NCBI GenBank assembly: GCA_026786185.1
Contig: JAJAYP010000203.1
Span: forward strand, 1 to 53,260
Direction of reading: 5' to 3'
Source: Gemmatimonadaceae bacterium
GTDB taxonomy: Bacteria > Gemmatimonadota > Gemmatimonadetes > Gemmatimonadales > Gemmatimonadaceae
Length of the DNA stretch: 53,260 nucleotides
Part shown: piece by piece, positions 18,801 through 27,122 of the stretch
Position numbering within the stretch: the first letter of the stretch is position 1
Layout: every line of letters starts with the position of its first letter
The notes under the pieces: generated by a model
What the model was told of the DNA's origin: nothing
Databases searched by the model: none
What the model saw: the letters and a program-made list of their open reading frames with translations, nothing else
Translations under genes and position numbers: made by a program

Positions 18801-20482
18801 TCGTGAGCGCGACGTATGGCGGAACCGTCGTACCCGAGGCGCACGGCACATTCACCTATGCCAATCGCCAGCTCACGACGAACGCCACCGCCGTGGACTC
18901 CACCGGTCGCACGCTGGCGACGGTGAACGGCACCATCCCAATCGATCTGGCGCTCAGCGGCGTCACCGGCTCGCGCCTGCTCGATTTGCCGATCAATGTC
19001 ACGTTGGGCTCGGACAGCCTGCCGATCGATCTCATTCCGCAGCTCACGACGGCACTGACCGATGTGAAAGGGCACGCGTTCGGGAAGGTGACCGTTGGCG
19101 GCACGCTCAAGCGACCGGTCCTCAACGGTGCGCTCGCGCTCAGTGACGCGCAGTTCAAGCTCGCCGCCACCGGCGCGTTCCTCAAGCAGGTGAACGGCTC
19201 GGTGCGGATGACCGGCGATACGGTGTTCGTCGACTCGATCGCGGGACGCGCAACGGGTCCGGTGCGGCTTGCGGGCACGGTGGCGGTGGGGAACTGGCGC
19301 ACGCCGACGTTCAACCTGGCGCTCACGGCGCAGGACGCCGAGTTGCTGCACAACGATCGAGGGGAAATCCACGCCAATGCGGGATTGCGGCTATCGGGAT
19401 CGGTCGCCGCGCCGTTCGTGAGCGGTCAGGTGACGATCATTCACGGCGTGGTGTACGTCCCGGAGTCGAGCGGCAAGCAGCTCGTGGGTGCAGGAGATCC
19501 GGCGCTGTTCAACGTGCTCGACACGGCGATGGTGGGCCAGAACGAGATCTTCCCCGCGCAGTCGTCGCTGTTCAAGAACCTGCGCGTCGAAGTCGATCTC
19601 GCCGTGCTGCGCAACACGTGGGTGCGCTCGCGCGACGCGAACGTCGAAGTTTTCACGGACGGCCCGATGCGGGTGAACGTGATGGGCGACGCACTGACGC
19701 TCACCGGAGCGATCGACGCCGATCGTGGCGAGTACACGCTGCTGAGCAAGCGCTTCCAGATCAAGCGAGGCTCGGCGCTGTTCATTGGATCGCCCGAGCT
19801 GAATCCGACCCTGCAGATAACGGCCGAATACGTGGTGAAGCAGCCGACGGGAAACACCAACATTCGCGTTCTCATCGGCGGCACGCTCGACCGGCCGCGT
19901 ATCTCGCTCGAGAGCGATGCGCAGCCGCCGCTCTCGCAGAGCGACCTGCTGAGCTACCTGGCTTTCGGCGAGAGCAGCAATTCACTGCTCCAGTTCAACC
20001 AGACGTCGTTGTCGGCCTCGCAGGGCGGCAACCTGATCAACGTGGCAGGCGCGAGACTCGTCGGCGTAGCGATCGGCGAGACCCTCAACCAGCTGGAGGG
20101 CGACGCGGCGCGCTCGCTCGGCGTCGACGTGTTCAACATTACGCCGGGCAACCTGGCGGTGAGTACGGGCCAGAGCGGCATTCAGCAGTTCATCACCGGT
20201 ACCGAGCTCGAAGTCGGCCGTTATGTGAATCCGCGCACGTTCGTCACGTTCATCGGATCGCCGGGCAACTTCCCGTGTCTGTCGGGCAGCAGCCGACGTG
20301 ATGAGGGCGGGAGCAACTGCGTTCCTCCCGGACTGAACGTGACACACCGCACCTCGAAGGGATTCCGCTTCGAGACGGGCTACAGCCCCCGGTATATTCT
20401 GGGCTCGCCGACGCTCGATGGGCAACGCGCGTCGGGCACCGGACAATTCGGCGCGTTCGTCACGCGCGAGTGGCGCTTCTAG
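15863..20482 (+). CDS. tamB: Translocation and assembly module protein TamB (DUF490 C-terminus)
   Basis: It is 1539 aa with an N-terminal TM anchor and a long beta-rich repeat body. The C-terminal region is DUF490-like (..LSQSDLLSYLAFGESS.., ..ELEVGRYVNPRTFV..). Confidence 0.8.
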   Translation: MLLRRLFRLLVVLSVVAVLAVLALWIVSSTDLGRERVRRLALSSLGGATHGIVKIGAVHGNLLKGAMLVDISITDSAGRPFLKADSLGGSYMVRGLLSKRIDIDNLVFFRPRVVVEKLPGGQEWNYRRLWPQSEPTGPVDTLPGWGAWVRFTNATIIGGDIVVRSPWSPRTGLSARVRDSVVKDALGDGSRLKIIAVPGGYQKVIELSKVDATLPLVRIEDPAFKNRLIQVSGLRMVAYPFRPPPAEVRALAGNFEFDDDSLWWKGVSARLPGSNVKGDGMYNIDNGDMRLALAATPAAFNDFKWLYQRFPTEGGGNLGLSILWKGATQDYVVREADVRSGSAHVRGDVGVTVADTTFFHGANLRFTGVTTKQIAEVDPSLRSPRDGALSGYARFSGALKRLAIDDADVTFLAYGRGTNRVQARGVVGFAGPKYVVSARDLRLRMLPLQIDIVKLLFPTLPVGGTLSGSMTLNGNGATQLVASNLDVVHQDGSNRSRVAGRGAVHTTGTPTLDLAVMAQPFALAELTKFAPALPLKGFATGPVRARGPMDAVQLDTRLSLPGGAVLALRGTVDFKSKELGYDVVADATALDLSRVVIGAPATALTGGGTARGRGFKPATMFADLAFEFGPSSVDTLGVDSQSVRARLANGVANIERARLRASGALVDIAGQFGLDAGHAGTLTYAVAIDSIAAFARFIPGLGPDTGVVMPRPLLTAELLRIARADSARADRETEVQRAISGARPSSVRVPTDTPRAIPRNVLAGALKAAGTISGSLNRFSVRGSANGTGLIVRGNAARHIAATYGWEDARTSRSKLTVALAGDAISAFGFSFDSLAGDLSYLAPGGTLALRIRQSSERDYAVQGDFVLHADHNELHVAGVALRFDTTTWRTTHPSTIRWGGRGIEVVNLELRSGPGQRIFANGLLPTDGRANFDLAIENFAVENVAELLQSDLALTGRLSLDAHVEGTSSDPRANGRVDLVSATYGGTVVPEAHGTFTYANRQLTTNATAVDSTGRTLATVNGTIPIDLALSGVTGSRLLDLPINVTLGSDSLPIDLIPQLTTALTDVKGHAFGKVTVGGTLKRPVLNGALALSDAQFKLAATGAFLKQVNGSVRMTGDTVFVDSIAGRATGPVRLAGTVAVGNWRTPTFNLALTAQDAELLHNDRGEIHANAGLRLSGSVAAPFVSGQVTIIHGVVYVPESSGKQLVGAGDPALFNVLDTAMVGQNEIFPAQSSLFKNLRVEVDLAVLRNTWVRSRDANVEVFTDGPMRVNVMGDALTLTGAIDADRGEYTLLSKRFQIKRGSALFIGSPELNPTLQITAEYVVKQPTGNTNIRVLIGGTLDRPRISLESDAQPPLSQSDLLSYLAFGESSNSLLQFNQTSLSASQGGNLINVAGARLVGVAIGETLNQLEGDAARSLGVDVFNITPGNLAVSTGQSGIQQFITGTELEVGRYVNPRTFVTFIGSPGNFPCLSGSSRRDEGGSNCVPPGLNVTHRTSKGFRFETGYSPRYILGSPTLDGQRASGTGQFGAFVTREWRF

Positions 20483-20511
20483 GCGGTTTCTCTCCGCTGT
20501 CCTCCCGGGCG

Positions 20512-21078
20512 TCAGTGACCTGACCGCTCCACCGTTTTCCCGGTGAAGTTTTCCGTCGTCACGTTGCGACCCGCCTCCAGCGACCGCAGGTAGGACACGA
20601 GCATCCAGATCTGGTCGGCGGAGATGAGGGTGCCCCACGCAGGCATGCCCTCTGGTCGTCCCTGATAGATGGACTCGAAGATCTCGCTCGAGGTGCCTCC
20701 GAAGTGCCATCGGCCGTCGGCCAGGCTCGGACCCATCGCGCCCGTCCCGTCCGCGCCGTGGCAGTCGATGCAGTTGTAGGCGATGAACAGCCTCGCCCCT
20801 GTGGCAACGGCCGCGGCGTCGCCCTCGTGCGGATTGCGAAGCACGAGTCCCACCTGCGGCGACACCATGCCCGGCTGGATATGGTCGGCGTGGCTCACGA
20901 AGCGCCCGGCAAGGTCGCTTCCCGCCTGCGGCGACGGCAGCGTCGCGGTGCGGGTGATTCGAGCGGTCTCCTGCGCGGGTGAAGCGCGCACCCAACGTTG
21001 GGTGAGCATCACGGCCAACGCGACCAGCATCACGAGGAATATCGCGCGGAGGATCGATCCGATCGAACGTCGAGGCAT
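20512..21078 (-). CDS. Membrane-anchored mono-haem c-type cytochrome (candidate electron acceptor of the adjacent PQQ dehydrogenase)
   Basis: ATG 21078 gives MPRRSIGSILRAIFLVMLVALAVML (anchor). CIDCH is the haem-binding motif and downstream ..GMPAWG.. provides a Met ligand candidate. It lies immediately 3' of the PQQ dehydrogenase. Confidence 0.75.
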   Translation of the reverse strand: MPRRSIGSILRAIFLVMLVALAVMLTQRWVRASPAQETARITRTATLPSPQAGSDLAGRFVSHADHIQPGMVSPQVGLVLRNPHEGDAAAVATGARLFIAYNCIDCHGADGTGAMGPSLADGRWHFGGTSSEIFESIYQGRPEGMPAWGTLISADQIWMLVSYLRSLEAGRNVTTENFTGKTVERSGH

Positions 21079-21164
21079 GTGTGCGCTCCGGTTGTTCCCG
21101 TACTCGTGCAGGAGACGAGCCATTCGCCGCCCACCTGCCCTGCGCGCGTGCGTCGTATGGCTCG

Positions 21165-23021
21165 TTACAGGGCGAAGACGAACAGCATGCCGCCCCAGCT
21201 CGTCCAGCGTGCGAGATCGGGCAGCGTGGATCCGCGGTCGCGCACATCGAACGGCAGATTCGATGCGACGTCGCCGGCAATGAGCAGACCCATGTCTCCG
21301 CCGATGCCCGCGTAGACAGCGATGTACTGCTTGCCGTCGGGTCCGAGATAGGTGATGGGGTTGCCGACGACGCCGGATCCGACCTTGAACTTCCAGAGCA
21401 GCTCGCCCGTGCGGGCGTTGGCGGCCTTGAACCAGCCGTCGAGCGTTCCGTAGAACACGACGTCGCCCTTCGTCGCCAGCGCACCGCCCCACACCGGGTA
21501 CGGTTCCCTGATTCCCCACACCTTCCTGCCAGTCGTCGCATCCCACGCGATGAACTCTCCCCGATACCCGCCCGGGCCCGCCACTTCCGGCGCGCTGCCA
21601 CCGATGTACGGGGTGCCGGGGATGTAGGCGACCTGACGCGCCTCGAAATCCATGCAGAGGTTGTTAGTGGGCACGTAGAAGAGTCCCGTTGCCGGCGAGA
21701 ACGCGGCGGGCTGCTGATTCTTGCCGCCCTCCAGGCTCGGACAGATGAACGACTTCTTCTTGCCCTCTTCCGGCATCTTGTCCGCCACGAGAGCGGGTCG
21801 TCCCGTAGCGAGATCCACACCGGTGGACCAGTTCATCGGCACGAACGGCTTGGCGACGAGCACTTCTCCGCTCGCGCGATCCATCGTGTACGCGAAGCCG
21901 TTCCGGTCGAAGTGCACGAGTGCCTTGCGGGTTCGTCCGCGGATCGGCAGGTCGACGAGAATGTTTTCGTTGACCGCGTCGTAATCCCAGACGTCGTGCG
22001 GCGTCGGCTGAAATGCCCATACCATCTCACCAGTGTCGGCATCTCGCGCGATGATCGCCGCGCTCCACTTGTTGTCGCCGGGACGCTGCTTGCCGTTCCA
22101 CGGGCCTGGATTCGACGTACCGTGATAGACGAGGTTCAACTCCGGGTCATAGGAGAGCCATCCCCACACCGTGGCTCCGCCTTGCTGCCACGTGTTGCCC
22201 GGCCAGCTCGTGGCGCCCTGATTCCGCGACGTGTCCGCTCTCCCATAGAACGGCTTGAACCGTGCTCCGACCTTGATGTCCGTGTCGGGGCCGACATTGT
22301 ATGCCCGCCACACTTCCCTGCCTGACGTGGCATCGAGCGCGGCGATCCATCCTCGCACGCCCATCTCGCCGCCGCTCGATCCGACGATGACGCGCCCTTT
22401 GACGACGATGGGCGCCATGGTCATCGTCTCGCCACGCGCCAGACTTCCCATTCGCGTCTGCCAGAGCAGCGCGCCGCTCGCCGCGTCGATGGCGACGGTA
22501 TGACCGTCGAGCAGGTTGTAGAAGATCTTTCCGTCGGCGAACGCGGCGCCGCGATTGACGACGTCGCAGCACGCGAGCCCGACGGCCGTCTGCGAATTGG
22601 GAGGGCGCGCCTTCCACTTGAGCGGCGCCCCTTCCTGCGTGAGGTCCAGCGCGTACGCCACGTTGGGATAGGGCGTGACGAGATACATCGTGTTCGCGAT
22701 CACCAGCGGCTGCCCTTCGTGGCCGCGCAGGACACCGGTGGAGAACGTCCACGCCGCGTGCAGATTCTTCGCATTGGCAGCGGAGATCTGATCGAGCTCG
22801 CTGAAGCGAGAGTTGGAGTAGTCACCCGCCGGATGCGCCCACTCGCCCGCGGGTCCGGTGCGGGGGGCGGAGATGCGGGTGCCGGAAACGGTCGACGCTG
22901 CGACGCCCGCTGCGCCCGCTGCGCCCGCCGGTCCCCGGTCGTCGGTGCGCGAGCATGCGCACATCAGCATCGCGGTGACCAGCACGACGCCGCTGTCGAG
23001 GCGTGCACGAAAATGACTCAC
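21165..23021 (-). CDS. PQQ-dependent alcohol (methanol/ethanol) dehydrogenase, XoxF/ExaF-like with lanthanide-type DYD motif
   Basis: It has eight-bladed quinoprotein hallmarks: the vicinal disulfide ACCDVVNRG, W-docking repeats and the catalytic region TPHDVWDYDAVNE. There is an N-terminal signal with a possible lipobox (LMCAC). Confidence 0.85.
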   Translation of the reverse strand: MSHFRARLDSGVVLVTAMLMCACSRTDDRGPAGAAGAAGVAASTVSGTRISAPRTGPAGEWAHPAGDYSNSRFSELDQISAANAKNLHAAWTFSTGVLRGHEGQPLVIANTMYLVTPYPNVAYALDLTQEGAPLKWKARPPNSQTAVGLACCDVVNRGAAFADGKIFYNLLDGHTVAIDAASGALLWQTRMGSLARGETMTMAPIVVKGRVIVGSSGGEMGVRGWIAALDATSGREVWRAYNVGPDTDIKVGARFKPFYGRADTSRNQGATSWPGNTWQQGGATVWGWLSYDPELNLVYHGTSNPGPWNGKQRPGDNKWSAAIIARDADTGEMVWAFQPTPHDVWDYDAVNENILVDLPIRGRTRKALVHFDRNGFAYTMDRASGEVLVAKPFVPMNWSTGVDLATGRPALVADKMPEEGKKKSFICPSLEGGKNQQPAAFSPATGLFYVPTNNLCMDFEARQVAYIPGTPYIGGSAPEVAGPGGYRGEFIAWDATTGRKVWGIREPYPVWGGALATKGDVVFYGTLDGWFKAANARTGELLWKFKVGSGVVGNPITYLGPDGKQYIAVYAGIGGDMGLLIAGDVASNLPFDVRDRGSTLPDLARWTSWGGMLFVFAL

Positions 23022-23066
23022 GTCCTTCCTCCCGGTCGAACGGTGACTACGACGACATCGCCTGCC

Positions 23067-23567
23067 TCATTCGCCGAAGCTCGGTTCATACTGCCCCTCG
23101 GCCTGCTCCACCATCCGCAGCCGCTCGAGCGTGCGGGCACAGGTATTCCAGCGCAGAATCGAATCATCATTGCCCGTCGAGCGCAGCGCCTCCGCGCGCT
23201 CGAACGCATCCATGGCCGAGCGGAGTGATTCGTACGCCATCGCCTCGGCCTGCAAGGCCGAATGCGCGAGCTGTGCGTGCGCGAGTCGTTCGTGGATGAT
23301 CCCTTCGTAATACGCGCGCTGATACGGATCGGTGATGCGGCCCAGGAGCGCCTGCGCGCGTCGTGCGAGCTCGTATGTCTCGGCGGCGAACTGGTCGGTA
23401 AGGGCGAGCAGCAGCATGATGAGCACCTGCTGGTTGCCGGCATCGACGTCGAGAATGTCGAGACAGATGCTTTCGGTGGCCCACGACTGGTTGAGGAGAC
23501 GGTAGCGCTCCGCCTTCTGGACCGCTCGTGGAACCGCTTCGCGAGAGATCTTCTTGAGTTCGGTCAT
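23067..23567 (-). CDS. Hypothetical all-helical protein, translationally coupled to sdhB
   Basis: ATG 23567 gives MTELKKISREAVPRAVQKAERYRLLNQ.... There is a 4-nt overlap with the sdhB stop. I am not confident of any family. Confidence 0.55.
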   Translation of the reverse strand: MTELKKISREAVPRAVQKAERYRLLNQSWATESICLDILDVDAGNQQVLIMLLLALTDQFAAETYELARRAQALLGRITDPYQRAYYEGIIHERLAHAQLAHSALQAEAMAYESLRSAMDAFERAEALRSTGNDDSILRWNTCARTLERLRMVEQAEGQYEPSFGE

Positions 23568-24418
23568 CGCTTGCTCCCTGGCGTGTCGCGCGAGTCGTGT
23601 TTCGGTGGTCCGCGCACGAGGCGAACCAGCGCGCGCAGCGGATCGTAGTGCCGATCCACCACGCGCTCCTTGAGCGGAATGATCGCGTTGTCCGTGATCG
23701 TGATGTGCTCCGGGCACACGGTGGTGCAGCACTTCGTGATGTTGCAGTAGCCGAGCCCGAACTGATCCTTGAGCTCGGTCGTCCGGTCGGCGATGTCGAG
23801 CGGGTGCATCTCCAGGGCGGCGACGTAGACGAGATACCGCGGTCCCACGAACTCGTCGTGCAGCTGGTGGTCGCGCAGGACGTGGCAGACATCCTGGCAG
23901 AGAAAGCATTCGATGCACTTCCGGAATTCCTGGACGCGCTCGACGTCTTCCTGAGCGATACGCCAGGTGCCGTCGGGCGCGTCTGGCGCGCGCGGCGTGA
24001 ACGGCTGGATGCGTGGCTTGACGCGAAAATTCCACGACACGTCGGTCACGAGATCGCGCACGTGGGGGAACGCGCGCATGGGCTCCACCGTCACCGGCTC
24101 GTCCGCGGGTAGCTCGTCCATGCGGGTCATGCACATGAGCTTCGGCTTGCCGTTGATCTCGGCGGAACAGGACCCACACTTCCCCGCCTTGCAGTTCCAT
24201 CGGACGGCCAGGTCGTTCGCGTGGCTGGCCTGGATCTGCTGGATGGCGTCGAGGACGACCATTCCTTCGTCGACGTCGGCGACGTAGTCGTGGAACGCAC
24301 CGGCTCCATCCGCGCCGCGCCAGACGCGGAACGCGCGCGTGGCATGGCCGACCGCATCGTCCTGCGCCGCCTGCGCAGCGGTGTAGGCATCGACGGCGCC
24401 GGTGGTGGGAGCGGTCAT
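23564..24418 (-). CDS. sdhB: Succinate dehydrogenase/fumarate reductase iron-sulfur subunit
   Basis: Cys clusters are CKAGKCGSCS..C, CIECFLCQDVC and CNITKCCTTVCP. Confidence 0.9.
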   Translation of the reverse strand: MTAPTTGAVDAYTAAQAAQDDAVGHATRAFRVWRGADGAGAFHDYVADVDEGMVVLDAIQQIQASHANDLAVRWNCKAGKCGSCSAEINGKPKLMCMTRMDELPADEPVTVEPMRAFPHVRDLVTDVSWNFRVKPRIQPFTPRAPDAPDGTWRIAQEDVERVQEFRKCIECFLCQDVCHVLRDHQLHDEFVGPRYLVYVAALEMHPLDIADRTTELKDQFGLGYCNITKCCTTVCPEHITITDNAIIPLKERVVDRHYDPLRALVRLVRGPPKHDSRDTPGSKR

Positions 24419-26229
24419 GACTTCATTTCCTCGATGATGGCGGCCAGCTCGCCGGGGAGCGGGGCGATCGCTTCCCGCTCGACCCGCATCGAGCCGTCGC
24501 TGCCGGCGCGCACGACGTGATTGAACGTGCCATACATCTCATCCTTCTCCGGATAGTCGTCGCGGAAGTGCCCGCCGCGACTTTCCCTGCGTGCGAGGGC
24601 CGAACGGGTGATCGCTTCGGACACGATGAGCAGGTGCCGGAGATCGAGGGCGGTATGCCAGCCGGGGTTGAATTCGCGATTGCCGGGCACGACGACCTGT
24701 TCGGCGCGCCGGGTGAGTGCGTCGATCTCCGTGAGCGCCCGCTCCATTTCATGCTCGGTGCGCACGATGCCGACATGATTCTGCATCGCGACCTGCAGCG
24801 ACTCCTGCACCTGGAACGGACCGTCGCTGCCGCCTCTGCGGGCGAATGGCGCCAGTGCGCGGCTCGCCGCCTCGTCCACCTCGCCATCGTCGATCTCTAC
24901 TGCCGAGCGCTCCATGGCGAATCGTGCCGCGTGTTCGCCGGCGCGCTTGCCGAACACGAGCAGGTCGGACAGGGAGTTTCCGCCGAGACGGTTCGCGCCG
25001 TGCAGTCCGGCGGCACATTCGCCGCAGGCGAAGAGACCGGGCACGGTGGACATCTGCGAATCACCATCGACGCGTATGCCGCCCATGATGTAGTGGGTCG
25101 TCGGCCCGATCTCCATCGCTTCCTTCGTGATGTCGATTCCGGCGAGCTGCATGAACTGGTGATACATGCTCGGCAGCTTTTTCCTGATGTGCTCCACCGC
25201 GTTGGGCAGGCGCTCCTTGATCCACGAAATGTCGAGATACACACCGCCGTGTGGGGAGCCGCGCCCTTCCTTCACCTCGCGCACGATCATCCGTGCGACG
25301 TGGTCGCGGGTGAGCAGCTCCGGAGGCCGGCGCGCCGACTTGTCACCCTGCGTGTAGCGCCAGCCTTCCTCTTCGCTGTCGGCCGTCTGCGGCTTGTAGT
25401 TGTCGGGAATGTTGTCGAACATGAAGCGCTTGCCGTCGCGATTGCGCAGCACTCCGCCTTCTCCGCGCACCCCTTCGGTGACGAGGATGCCGCGCACGCT
25501 CGGCGGCCAGATCATGCCGGTCGGGTGGAACTGCACGAACTCCATGTCCTGGAGGGCGGCGCCGGCGAGGTAGGCGAGCGCGTGGCCATCACCGGTGTAT
25601 TCCCAGCTGTTGCTCGTGATGCTGTAGGCTCGGCCGATGCCACCGGTCGCGACGATGACCGACTTGGCGCGGAAGATTCGAAAGCGTCCGCGCTCCCGGT
25701 CGTACGCGAATGCGCCGGCAATGCGATCGCCGTCCCGCAGGAGGGTGAGGACGGTGCATTCCATGTGCACGTCCATCCCCTTGTGGATGCCATGATCCTG
25801 GAGGGTTCGGATCATCTCGAGGCCCGTGCGATCGCCAACGTGGGCGAGACGGGGGTAGCGATGGCCACCGAAGTTGCGCTGGAGAATTCGTCCGTCGGCG
25901 GTGCGATCGAACAGCGCGCCCCACGCCTCGAGCTCTCGTACGCGGTCGGGCGCTTCGCGCGCGTGCAGCTCGGCCATCCGCCAGTTGTTGACGTACTGTC
26001 CGCCGCGCATGGTGTCGGCGAAATGGACCCGCCAGCTGTCGCGATCGTCCACGTTGCCGAGCGCCGCGGCGACGCCGCCCTCGGCCATGACCGGGTGAGC
26101 TTTTCCAAGAAGCGACTTGCAGACCACGCCGACGGAGACGCCGGTGGCTGCCGCCTCGATGGCGGCTCGCAGGCCGGCGCCGCCCGCGCCGATGACGAGG
26201 ACGTCGTGGTCGACGATCTGGTACGTCAC
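24415..26229 (-). CDS. sdhA: Succinate dehydrogenase/fumarate reductase flavoprotein subunit
   Basis: The FAD fold is DVLVIGAGGAGLRAAIEAA. HPTG (covalent FAD His) and the ..GANRLGGNSL.. region are also present. Confidence 0.92.
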   Translation of the reverse strand: MTYQIVDHDVLVIGAGGAGLRAAIEAAATGVSVGVVCKSLLGKAHPVMAEGGVAAALGNVDDRDSWRVHFADTMRGGQYVNNWRMAELHAREAPDRVRELEAWGALFDRTADGRILQRNFGGHRYPRLAHVGDRTGLEMIRTLQDHGIHKGMDVHMECTVLTLLRDGDRIAGAFAYDRERGRFRIFRAKSVIVATGGIGRAYSITSNSWEYTGDGHALAYLAGAALQDMEFVQFHPTGMIWPPSVRGILVTEGVRGEGGVLRNRDGKRFMFDNIPDNYKPQTADSEEEGWRYTQGDKSARRPPELLTRDHVARMIVREVKEGRGSPHGGVYLDISWIKERLPNAVEHIRKKLPSMYHQFMQLAGIDITKEAMEIGPTTHYIMGGIRVDGDSQMSTVPGLFACGECAAGLHGANRLGGNSLSDLLVFGKRAGEHAARFAMERSAVEIDDGEVDEAASRALAPFARRGGSDGPFQVQESLQVAMQNHVGIVRTEHEMERALTEIDALTRRAEQVVVPGNREFNPGWHTALDLRHLLIVSEAITRSALARRESRGGHFRDDYPEKDEMYGTFNHVVRAGSDGSMRVEREAIAPLPGELAAIIEEMKS

Positions 26230-26236
26230 GAGTCGT

Positions 26237-27028
26237 TCACAGCAGCCGCCAGTCGCGCCAGATACCCATGGCGCACATGCGGACGTAGATGTCCGTGAAT
26301 GCCACCCAGAACAGGCTGGCCCACGCCCAATTCATGTGGCCGCGGTTCAGGCGGCTCACGCAATCGTACGCCGTGCGCCGAATGGGCCGGCCGGCTATCC
26401 GGTCGAGGTAGCCGCCCACGAGGTGCCGCAGCGAGTGGCATCCCAGCGTGTAGCCGCTCAGCAGGATGACGTTCATGACGAGCACGAGCGATCCGATCCC
26501 GACGCCGAAGCGTGTTGCGCCAGATGCATCGGCGAACCGGAAACCCTTCCAGGCATCGCTCGCGAGGATGAACAGGAAGGCGACCGCGAAATAGAGGAAG
26601 TAGCGGTGCACGTTCTGGATCACGAGCGGGAGAGTCCGCTCTCCGCGATAGCTGCTGCGCGGCTCGCCGACGGTGCATCCGGGAGGATCCGCCCAGAACG
26701 CCTTGTAGTACGTGCCGCGATAGTAGTAGCAGGTGAAGCGAAATCCGGCGGGAAAGGGGAGGATCAGCAACGCGGGTGAAACGGCGGGGAGCCACGTGGG
26801 CGCCTGCCGGAAGAGCGCATGCGGCGAGTCACCGAACAGGAGCGGTGAGTAGAACGGCGAGAGGTAGGGTCCGTATTCGTAATGCGCATTCTGGAACGCG
26901 GCCCACGTCGCATAGGCGAGGAATGAGCTCAGCACGACGAAGGCGCCGAGTGGCGGGAGCCACCAGGCATCGCGCCGCATCGTCTCGCCGAAGCGACGAC
27001 GGGAGATCTGAACCACCCCGTGAGTCAT
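26237..27028 (-). CDS. sdhC: Succinate dehydrogenase membrane (cytochrome b-type) subunit, single large anchor
   Basis: It is a polytopic hydrophobic protein with conserved His residues, first gene of the C-A-B operon. It resembles the single-anchor Sdh type seen in actinobacterial Sdh1 (recollection, not verified). Confidence 0.6.
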   Translation of the reverse strand: MTHGVVQISRRRFGETMRRDAWWLPPLGAFVVLSSFLAYATWAAFQNAHYEYGPYLSPFYSPLLFGDSPHALFRQAPTWLPAVSPALLILPFPAGFRFTCYYYRGTYYKAFWADPPGCTVGEPRSSYRGERTLPLVIQNVHRYFLYFAVAFLFILASDAWKGFRFADASGATRFGVGIGSLVLVMNVILLSGYTLGCHSLRHLVGGYLDRIAGRPIRRTAYDCVSRLNRGHMNWAWASLFWVAFTDIYVRMCAMGIWRDWRLL

Positions 27029-27122
27029 CGAGCCCGCCTCGCGTCCGGATGAAGTCGGGCTAAGCTAGGCGCGGTGAAATGCGGCGGGAAGAGGCGCGGG
27101 GGGCAGTCCCGCGGAGCGCGCG

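Noticed and set aside
20483-20511. A short hairpin GCGG-TTTCTCT-CCGC between the convergent tamB and cytochrome c genes
   Set aside because: The stem is only 4 bp, which is not convincing as a terminator.
14160-21820. Long ORFs antisense to or out of frame with the Omp85/TamB/cytochrome genes (14160..15305, 16556..18259, 18767..19372, 19982..21820, 15934..16767)
   Set aside because: All are extremely Arg/Ala/Gly/Pro-rich with no recognisable domains. They overlap genes that carry strong family signatures, so they are GC-skew artefacts.
24517-26298. A 593-aa plus-strand ORF opposite sdhA; similar cases are 31933..33498 opposite the acylase, 39655..40728 opposite the amidohydrolase, 47235..48032 opposite LVIVD copy 2, and 49941..51413 opposite the desaturase
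   Set aside because: The opposite strand carries unambiguous conserved-motif genes, and these ORFs are compositionally junk.
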